Source: Mobula hypostoma
Lineage: Eukaryota
DNA: 64,000 nucleotides
Assembly (NCBI RefSeq): GCF_963921235.1
Contig: NC_086111.1
Coordinates: 11,780,001 to 11,844,000, forward strand
Direction: 5' to 3'
The notes beneath the pieces were generated by a model. The model searched no databases. It had not been told where the DNA came from and saw nothing but the letters and a program-made list of their open reading frames with translations. Position 1 is the stretch's first letter. The number at the start of each line of letters is the position of its first letter. Shown one piece after another: positions 54,305 through 64,000 of this stretch. The translations under genes and the position numbers were made by a program.

Positions 54305-55802
54305 GATTGCAGGGGCCCTGGCAAAAATATTTAAAGAGTCGCTGTCTACAGGTGAGGTGCCGGAGGATTGGAGAGTGGCTCGTCGTTCCATTGTTTAAAA
54401 AAGGATCGAAAAGTAACCCGGGAAATTATAGGCCGCTAACTTTAACGTCGGTAGTAGGTAAGTAGGGAGTACTAAGAGACAGAGTCTACAAGCATTTGGA
54501 TAGACAGGGACTTATTAGGGAGAGTCAACATGGCTTTGTGCGTGGTAGGTCAGGTTTGACCAATCTATTGGAGTTTTTCAACGAGGTTACCAGGAAAGTG
54601 GATGAAGGAAAGGCAGTGGATATCATCTACATGGACTTTAGTAAGGCCTCTGACAAGGTCCCACATGGGAGGTTAGTTAGGAAAATTCAGGCACCAGGTA
54701 TACATGGAGAGGTGGTAAATTGGATTAGCCATTGGCTCAATAGTAGAAGCCAAAGAGTGGTAGTAGCGAATTGCTTCTCTGAGTGGAGGCCTGTGACTAG
54801 TGGTGTGCCACAGGGATCAGTGCTGGGTCCATTGTTATTTGTCATCTATATCAATGATCTGGATGATAATGTGGTAAATTGGATCAGCAAATTTGCTGAT
54901 GATACCAAGATTGGAGGTGTAGTAGACAGTGAGGAAGGTTGTCAGAGCCTGCAGAGGGACTTGGACCAGCTGGAAAAATGGGCTGAAAAATGGCAGATGG
55001 AGTTTAATACAGACAAGTGTGAGGTATTGCACATTGGAAAGGACAAACCAAGGTAGAACATACAGGGTTAATGGTAAGGCACTAAGGAGTGCAGTAGAAC
55101 AGAGGGATCTGGGAATACAGATACAAAATTCCCTAGAAGTAGCATCACAGGCAGATAGGGTTGGAAAGAGAGCTTTCGGTGCATTGGCCTTAATTAATCA
55201 AAGTATTGAGTATAAGAGCTGGAATGTTATGATGAGGTTGTATAAGGCATTGGTGAGGCCGAATCTAGAATGTTGTGTTCAGTTTTGGTCTCCAAATTAC
55301 AGGAAGGATATAATTAAGGTTGAAAGAGTGCAGAGAAGGTTTACATGGTTGTTGCCGGGACTTGAGAAATTCAGTTACAGAGAAAGGTTGAATAGGTTAG
55401 GACTTTATTCCCTGGAGTGTAGAAGAATGAGGGGAGATTTGATAGAGGCATATAAAATTATGACGGGTATAGAGTGAATGCAAGCAGGCTTTTTCCACTG
55501 AGGCAAGGGGAGAAAAAAACCAGAGGACATGGGTTAAGGGTGAGGGGGGAAAGGTTTAAAGGGAACATTAGTGGGGGCTTCTTCACGCAGAGTGGTGGTA
55601 GTATGGAATGAGCTGCCAGACGAGGTGGTAAATGCGGGTTCTTTTTTAACATTTAAGAATAAATTGGACAGATACATGGATGGGAGGTATATGGAGGGAT
55701 GTGGTCCGTGTGCAGGTCAGTGGGACCAGGCAGAAAATGGTTCGGCACAGCCAAGGGCCAAAAGGCCTGTTTCTGTGCTGCAGTTTTTCTATGGTTCTAT
55801 GG
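54305..55802 (+). mobile_element. Young 5'-truncated CR1 LINE
   Basis: QHGFVRGRS, GVPQGSVLGPLLFVIYINDLD, KFADDTK, and tail ttctatggttctatgg. Confidence 0.93.
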
Positions 55803-56908
55803 ATGACTCAGTCAGACCGTGGTCGGGCATGGCAGGGAGAGTTTTTCTTCCTTCTCTCCGTCTGCGTGAGATGTGAGACGTTTGAGTGACTTTGAACTTT
55901 TACTGTGCTCATGGACTTCTTCATCAAGTTATGGTATTGTTGCACTGTTGTAACTATATGTCATAATTATGTGATTTTGTTAGTTTTTTTTAGTCTTGGT
56001 TTGTCCTCTGTTTTGTGATATCACACCGAAGGAAATATTGTATCATTTCTTAATGCATGCATTACTAAATGTCAATAAAAAAGGACTGCCTGTCTTCATA
56101 ATCTAAAAAAAAGGCTGAAGGTTCTGTACCTCATCCCTGATAGCAGTAATGAAAATAAGGGCCATGTGCGAGGTGATAAGGGTCTTTAATGATGGACACT
56201 GCCTTCTTAAGGCATTGGCTTTTGAAGATGTTGAGTATAATGACCCCCCCCCTTAACAAATGGTCCAGCTAGGCCTGAATCTGCAGTTTTTGGTGATCTT
56301 GCTCCAGGACTGATGTTTCCCTTTAGCCAAGAGATTCCAGTCCCATGGAAACTTGAAAAAGTGTGGCAAGAATAGTTAGAAAGATTCGAGAAATAAATTG
56401 GAGAAATGAGACCCTTGTATGAACAGACTTCACATCTAGATTGGTTGTATACCTATAGAATCTAGCCATGGCACCTGAGTTTCACTCCCCACTGAATGGT
56501 GGTGCAGACATGGAGGGTCAAACAGCTCTTGGGAGGAAGGTATAAAGGAGTAATGTTCCCAGATCATGTCAAGGACTTTCCATTGGATACCTCTCCAGAT
56601 TGAAGGTGTGGGTTAGTCACCCAAGTTTTCACCCCTTTTGTGTGACCACATTTGAGACATTCATAAGCCACACCTCCCCCCCCACCCCAAATAAAGGCAT
56701 CAGAAGGGGTATTATACAACGGGAAGGGTCTCACTACAAATCCACCCCAATTAGATCATCACCATTTCACTTCAATACCTTTATGAAGCAAACAAAACTT
56801 TCACCGTCTCATGGCACCAATTCCCCAAAACCAATGTATTTCTGGGTTGCATTTTTATGGAAACAGCCCACTCTAAAAAGTGACAATCTGATAAATTATT
56901 TTAAACAT

Positions 56909-56914
56909 TTTATT
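56909..56914 (-). terminator. RPL32: RPL32 polyadenylation signal
   Basis: AATAAA on the minus strand about 30 nt after the stop codon. Confidence 0.85.
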
Positions 56915-56943
56915 AAAGAATTAGATGTAGTTCAGTAAGAAGA

Positions 56944-57073
56944 CTATTCATTTTCTTCACTGCGTAACCTGGCATTTGGATTGGTGATCTTGATAGCAAG
57001 CTGGGCTGCCCTCTCCACAATTGTCTTGCGGTTTTTGGAAGAGACATTGTGAGCAATCTCAGCACAGTATGTC
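56944..57073 (-). CDS. RPL32: RPL32 last exon, coding part
   Basis: (K)[42 protein letters not shown]. ttttacAG acceptor. 96+182+130=408 nt = 135 aa + stop. Confidence 0.98.
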
Positions 57074-58958
57074 CTGTAAAAGAATAAACTAGTTAAAGGA
57101 TTGCACGAGTGTTAACTACACAAATCAGCACAAGTTAATGAGTGAGTCAGTCACCGTTTTTAGTGCCCATCTGGATCGTTACCAGGAGAGAGGCAAACAG
57201 TGAAACAGCACAAAATTCTTCCACAATTGAAAATTGCAAGTTAAATGTCAGTTTTAACACCAAAGAGAGACACCAGTAAGGTGTATTACACAGCATGTTT
57301 ATAATACCAGTTAATTACACCATGCAGAAGTCAAATGGGTTTCAGGGCTTCTGTCAGTGAACACAGAACAGTATGGCACTGCGCAGGAACAGGCAAAGTA
57401 AACACACAACTGAATTAATCCCTTCCATTCTCTGCTTATTCACTTGCCTGTCTAATACAATTTAAAATTCCTTTATTGTATGTATTCTCCACTACAGTTG
57501 GTAGTATATTTCAGGCACTCACCAGTCTCTATATAAAAAAAAACCATGCCCCTTTGAGCTTACCCCCTCACCTTAAATGCATGTGAAATATCTAGATATT
57601 TCAGCCCATTGGAGGGGGGGGGAAGGAGAAATATATCCTATGTCTCTCATAATCCTATAAAATTTCTATCTGGTCTCTCAAAAGTACCCAATTCTAACTC
57701 TCTATAGCACTTGCTCTCTAATCCAGACATTATCCTGATAAACCCCTTCTGCCTACTCTTCACATTCTTCCTATGAGGCAACCAGAACTGAATGCAATAC
57801 TCTCGATGAACTTCCCAACTCTTGGATTTTATGCATCAACTAATAAAGGTAATCATGCCACTCAATGTACTGTTGCTTTATACTTGATCACCCAAATTTT
57901 AACATCTCACACTAAGCCACATTAAACCCAATCTGCCATTTCTCTGCCCATATCAGGAAACTGATCTACAGAAGTCAGCAGAGGTCCCAGTACAGGCCAG
58001 AAGGCTACAAAGAATTGCACATCACCACTAATTCTAAGCTGGGAAAGGATCTACTTGAACCAGGCAAAGGATGAAAATGTACTAAGAACCTGAAAGCAGA
58101 AAGTGGAGAAATGCTCAGTAAGACAGTAAGTTCAGATATGGTGCTTCAGATACAACAAAACACTGCAATTTTAGATAGAAGAATTTTAGATGTCCAGAAT
58201 TAGCAGCTGATAAGGGAGGTACATTCTAAAGTACAAATTCAGAGTTAAACTCAGACTGGGCTGGATAAAACCATTCCTTTATTTACAAATTATCTGCTTA
58301 CAGATGTTCATTACGATGCCATTTAATCCAAAAGGGAACTCATTTTCTATTTACAAATATAATAGTATGGCACTCTCCACCCATAGGAACCTGCAGAACA
58401 AAGTACCTAAACTGAAACTCCCAACAGGGACACAACTTGTTAAGCCCCTGTCCATAACACCAGAGAAACTTCCAGACCTCAAATCCTGTCTATGTTGAGT
58501 TTTGCATTCTCTCTTCCACTGCTTGGGACTCTCTTGGAGTCTCCAATTTCCTCCTACATTCCACAAGTTGGCAGGTTAATTGACCACTGTAAATCACCTA
58601 CTCTGCAGGTAAGCAGAAATGACATGAATGTGGAGAGTAGGCATCAGAGAAAACAGAAAAATGGCAATTACGCTGTCAACCAGCAACACCTCATTGGGCC
58701 AAATAGCCTTCTACTCACACATAAACACAGAAATTGAGTATACAAAAAAGCAACATTGCTAACTTGGCTCCTCAACTAGTTTTACCCATGACAGCATGCC
58801 ACAACTGTCAGACAACATTGGCTCAGTTAGCTTTTAATATACTCAGAATTCCCACTTGGGTCTAATATAAAAAAGCTACATGCATCAAAGTAACAAAAGA
58901 TCAGAAAGGGCTACTGAATCAACCATAAACATTAACTGATCTACACAAAGAATGCTTA

Positions 58959-59363
<405 letters not shown>

Positions 59364-59799
59364 CTAAGAGGGGAGATTATGTGAACAAGACTCTTTTCAC
59401 CATTCGCGATGAAGATGACAGAGTTTGTCATTGAAATGTTGTTTAAGATTAATACTTGTACCCAGCTGATAGCCAGAGAAAAGTTTATTTGTCATATATG
59501 CTGAAAAAGCACTAGATCTTTTTTTCCCCAACTCTTTTCTTCCGAACTTAGAGTGGGAGACCGTATTAGAATGTAAACTGCAGGCTCAACAGTGATGAGC
59601 ACTTCTCTTGGCTGTGGAATCAGAGGTTAAAAGTCTCATAACAAAGACAGATCATTTACACAGCCAGTAAATTCTCAATCCAAAGTTCAGATGTTGATTT
59701 CACTTAAAACGAAAATGATCAGACTTCACTGTGGTAAGAGATCAATGAATTTGATCTAACCAAACAAAATAGCTCTGCTCTATATGAGCCGTAATCTCA

Positions 59800-59955
<156 letters not shown>

Positions 59956-60014
59956 TTAATTGCAAATCCCAGGTTTACAGCAACCATCCAAACATGCTTA
60001 ACTGAATCATCTAG

Positions 60015-60295
60015 ACGACACAGTAGTGAAGCAGTTACTGTAACGCTTCACAGCACCAGCAATCAGATCAGGGTTCAATCCCCTCCACTGTTAGGAGTTT
60101 GTATGCTCTCCCTGTGACTGCAAGGATTTTGCCGTGCGCACTATTTTACTCCCGCTTTCCAAAGGTGCACAGCTTATTGTGTGGCACGTTACGTTGACGC
60201 CCAAGCATGAGACTGTGTTGGTCACTGACACAAACCATGCATGTCACTACATGTTTCATGTTTCCATGCACATGAGACAAATAAAGCTAATCTTT
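60015..60295 (+). mobile_element. tRNA-derived SINE in RPL32 intron 1 (related copies near 13180, 15125, 25400-25660, 26110-26400, 45985)
   Basis: B-box-like gggttcaatccc followed by the core ggagtttgtatgctctccctgtgac. Confidence 0.65.
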
Positions 60296-61019
60296 AATCG
60301 ATGAGATTTCGATTCAATTTAGAAGGCAGACCTGCAACTCAACAGCAAGTATCAGTTGATAGTGTGAAGCATCATAATCTTAACTGCACTCTTGGTGTAC
60401 AGCTCTGTAGTAGGCTCTTTCATTTATTTTCCCTGTGATGATGTTTTCATCACTTCCACGCAAAACGCCTAACTTTACGCTATATTGACAACATCCATCC
60501 ACTTACCCTGTCATCCACATTTAAGATGACAGTTGATTATAGTATATTCTTCAAACCTTTTACATTCTAACAAGAGGAACCATAAACAACTGCAAGTCTT
60601 GAAATAGTTTTATTCTTAAACAATGTCATCCATCTGCACTCACCCTCACAGCATTGATGCACAACGTGCTGGCTTTAAATTGAATTGAATGGAAAACTCT
60701 CCTAGATAAGATATATTATTTGAAAACATTACATACAACTTAAAAGTGTAAGCCCGTGTTTCTCGCCAGAGACTTATTATTTCAGGTGGAGTTTTATTTC
60801 TTAGCAGTACAAACTGCTTAAGATCGAGGAATTGTCAAGGTCCCGATTTCAGTTCTCAGCCCACTACAGCACTACAACTGAGGACGATTGTTCTGAACCA
60901 GCTCTACCCGACCACCTCACTCCGTAGTGGCAGGGAAGCCTGTGGCCTATTGCCATATTCACCAGCCTAACAACCACCCATTCGGCGCCCAACACTAGAG
61001 CTTCATCTTCATCTCCGAG

Positions 61020-61365
61020 TACTCCACGTCCTCCCGCTCCAGGGCCAGGCCGCCATTTCCCATGGTCGCACCCGAGCTCCAATCCCGCGACTAACAGCCG
61101 GTACATAGAGCATAGCCGGACACACAGAGACTGGGCCAAGTTCACAAACACTTGTCCGGAGGCCAGAGTGTCGGGAGGATGTTGCTCGAAGCCCCAGTTG
61201 GCGCGGATGGCCGCAGATAGCACGAGAACTGCACCGTACCTGAGAACCCTTAACGAAGAAGAGAGGGACACAACGCCTGCTGGGAACTATATCAGCGGCT
61301 TCGACACGGAGGAAGTGGCGTCGTCCATACGTCACATCCGGCGTTGAAAAGCTTGGCCCGGTTAA
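61020..61365 (-). promoter_or_regulatory. RPL32: RPL32 CpG-island promoter / 5' end of intron 1
   Basis: High CpG density. ETS/GABP-like GGAAGT (~61311) and CCGGATGT (~61334-61341), CRE half-site TACGTCA (61328-61334), YY1-like CGCCATTT (61051). Confidence 0.7.
61240..61267 (-). other. RPL32: RPL32 non-coding exon 1 with 5'-terminal oligopyrimidine (TOP/TCT) start
   Basis: Minus strand reads CCCTCTCTTCTTCGTTAAGGGTTCTCAG|GTACGG inside a CpG-rich region. The exact TSS is inferred. Confidence 0.8.
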
Positions 61366-61554
61366 ACTAATTAGTCCCTGAAGGATTCGTTTGTTAGAGG
61401 AACAGAAAGGAATTGCTGTGGCCTAGACGGGATTCGGGGTGCCAGGACATCTCGAATCCTTCAGGGACAAATTTTTAAGTAGGAAGGTGAGCAGCCAGAG
61501 GTCATGGTCCATATAGGTACTAATGACGTAGGTGACGAGGTTCTGCAAAGAGAG

Positions 61555-62833
61555 GACTATTCCTCTTCTCACCCTGTCTCTTGCAAAAATGTCATCCCCT
61601 TCTCGCAATTCCTCCGTCTCCGCCGCATCTGCTCTCAGGATGAGGCTTTTCATTCTAGGACGAGGGAGATGTCTTCCTTTTTTAAAGAAAGGGGCTTCCC
61701 TTCCTCCACTATCAACTCTGCTCTTAAACGCATCTCCCCCATTTCACGCACATCTGCTCTCACTCCATCCTCCCACCACCCCACTAGGAATAGGGTTCCC
61801 CTGGTCCTCACCTACCACCCCACCAGCCTCCGGGTCCAACATATTATTCTCCGTAACTTCCGCCACCTCCAACGGGATCCCACCACTAAGCACATCTTTC
61901 CCTCCCCCCCCCTCTGCATTCCGCAGGGATCGCTCCCTACACAACTCCCTTGTCCATTTGTCCCCCCCATCCCTCCCCACTGATCTCCCTCCTGGCACTT
62001 ATCCGTGTAAGCGGTACAAGTGCTACACATGCCCTTACACTTCCTCCCTTACCACCATTCAGGGCCCCAAACAGTCCTTCCAGGTGAGGCATCACTTCAC
62101 CTGTGAGTCGACTGGGGTGATATACTGCGTCCGGTGCTCCCGATGTGGCCTTTTATATATTGGTGAGACCCGACGCAGACTGGGAGACCGCTTTGCTGAA
62201 CATCTACGCTCTGTCCGCCAGAGAAAGCAGGATCTCCCAGTGGCCACACATTTTAATTCCACATCCCATTCCCATTCTGACATGTCTATCCACGGCCTCC
62301 TCTACTGTAAAGATGAAGCCACACTCAGGTTGGAGGAACAACACCTTATATTCCGTCTGGGTAGCCTCCAACCTGATGGCATGAACATTGACTTCTCTAA
62401 CTTCCGCTAGGCCCCACCTCCCCCTCGTACCCCATCTGTTACTCATTTTTATGCACACATTCTTTCTCTCACTCTCCTTTTTCTCCCTCTGTCCCTCTGA
62501 ATATACCTCTTGCCCATCCTCTGGGTCACCCCCCCCCCGTCTTTCTTCCCGGACCTCCTGTCCCATGATCCTCTCGTATCCCCTTTTGCCTATCACCTGT
62601 CCAGCTCTCGGCTCTATCCCTCCCCCTCCTGTCTTCTCCTATCATTTTGCATCTCCCCCTCCCCCTCCAGCTTTCAAATCCCTTACTCACTCTTCCTTCA
62701 GTTAGTCCTGACGAAGGGTCTCGGCCTGAAACGTCGACTGCGCCTCTTCCTATAGATGCTGCTTGGCCTGCTGCGTTCACCAGCAACTTTGATGTGGGTT
62801 GCTTGAATTTCCAGCATCTGCAGAATTCCTGTT
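61555..62833 (+). mobile_element. 5'-truncated Penelope-like element inserted in a CR1 ORF1 (SGNH esterase-like, VHIGTND) remnant
   Basis: RT thumb + GIY-YIG (VIYCVRCSRCGLLYIGETRRRLGDRFAEH), with one frameshift in poly-C at ~61905. Perfect 15-bp TSD gttctgcaaagagag at 61540-61554 and 62834-62848. Confidence 0.93.
62704..62739 (+). ncRNA. Minimal type I hammerhead ribozyme motif, consensus-perfect
   Basis: AGTC CTGACGA AGG GTCTCGG CCT GAAA CGTC GACT in the Penelope 3' region. Confidence 0.85.
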
Positions 62834-63025
62834 GTTCTGCAAAGAGAGTTCGGTGCTGTTAAATGGCAGGATCTCCAGGGTCCTGATCTCAGGATCGCTA
62901 ATCGTGCCACATGCTAAGTGAGGCCAGAACTAGGAGGACTACACAGTTTAAAGAGTTGTTGTAGGAGGGAGGGCATAGGATTTTTGGATCATAGGGCTTT
63001 CTTCCAGGGAAAGTGGAACCTGTAC

Positions 63026-63061
63026 AGTCCTGATGAAGGGTCTCGGCCTGAAACGTCGACT
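63026..63061 (+). ncRNA. Minimal type I hammerhead ribozyme motif
   Basis: AGTC CTGATGA AGG GTCTCGG CCT GAAA CGTC GACT. Confidence 0.85.
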
Positions 63062-63161
63062 GTACTTCTTCCTAGAGATGCTGCCTGGCCTGCTGCGTTC
63101 ACCAGCAACTTTGATGTGTGTTGCTTGAATTTCCAGCATCTGCAGGATTCCTGTTGTTTGC
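63028..63161 (+). mobile_element. 134-bp Penelope-like 3'-end insertion with 9-bp TSD
   Basis: TSD cctgtacag at 63019-63027 and 63162-63170. Shared tail. Confidence 0.85.
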
Positions 63162-63529
63162 CCTGTACAGGCACGGAGAAGTTTAAACTAGAGTTATAGG
63201 GGAATGGGAATCAGAGTGCTAGAACAGTTTGTGGAGACAATTGTTGATGAGACCCAGGACAAAGTCAGGAATCAAAAGGTTGAGTGAGCATCGTGCGACT
63301 AATGTCCTGAGCTCTGTTTATTTCAATGCAAGAAATATCGCAGCTGAATTTAGGGCATGGATCAACACCTGGAATTATGATATTGTAGCCATTAATTAGA
63401 TTAAGGGAATAACTACACTCATTCTACTTCTGGTGTCCCACTTTAAGAACTCATTATCTTGTTATTTCATGCTAGTCATTTATTGCTTTCACTTAAAAAA
63501 TTGCTTTTATCTTTATCCACACTTTTTAA

Positions 63530-63900
63530 AAAACTTTATCCATACTTCTCCAATCTATTGAACCCACCCCACTGGTACAGCTCCCTCTTTCCCTAATACT
63601 GATGCCCATTTCTCATGAATTCAAACCTACTTCTACACCAATCCTTGAGCGATGCATTTAACACTCTAATTTTGACCCTATGCCAATTTGCACATGGCTC
63701 CATTAGTAATCTAGAGATTACCATCCTTTTGGTTTTGCTTTTTGGTTTAGTCCCCTCCCTCAGCAGAACCTCTTTTCTTGTTTTACCTATGTCATTGGTA
63801 CCCACATGGACCACGACAACTGGATCTTTCCCCTCCCACTGCAAATTCCTCTGCTGATCAGACAAGATGTTTTGAACCTGGGCACCAGCCTTTGGGATGC
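63530..63900 (-). mobile_element. CR1 ORF1 (SGNH esterase-like) remnant
   Basis: PVVVVHVGTNDIGK...LNASLKDWC. Confidence 0.75.
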
Positions 63901-64000
63901 TCTATCCTTGCGACAGACTTACCACAGTGAAGTCTGATCATTTTGGTTTAAAGTGAAATCAACAAATGAACTTTGGATTGAGAATTTACTGGCTGTGTAA

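Overview
Eukaryotic vertebrate genomic DNA, heavily loaded with repeats; the repeat mix (CR1, Rex1/Babar, Penelope-like, Tigger, hAT, Harbinger, tRNA-SINEs) suggests a cartilaginous fish, which is inference. There are two recognisable host genes on the minus strand: a complete RPL32 (non-coding TOP exon plus 3 coding exons, 135 aa) and the SH3-encoding first exon and CpG promoter of NCKIPSD (SPIN90/WISH). The main unexplained structure lies downstream of that exon on the same strand. Five GT-AG exons (31083-31014, 30923-30691, 30577-30302, 30225-30018, 16285-16097) splice in frame into an open 320-codon TTF zinc finger + hAT transposase protein. It crosses a 13.7-kb TE-filled intron and has Asn at the second catalytic Asp position. 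This looks like a domesticated transposase gene nested in NCKIPSD intron 1, and its second exon is phase-compatible with an SH3-transposase fusion. The window also holds Penelope-like elements and short fold-back derivatives, with clear target-site duplications and minimal hammerhead ribozymes. Most short ORFs in the track are repeat fragments or noise.
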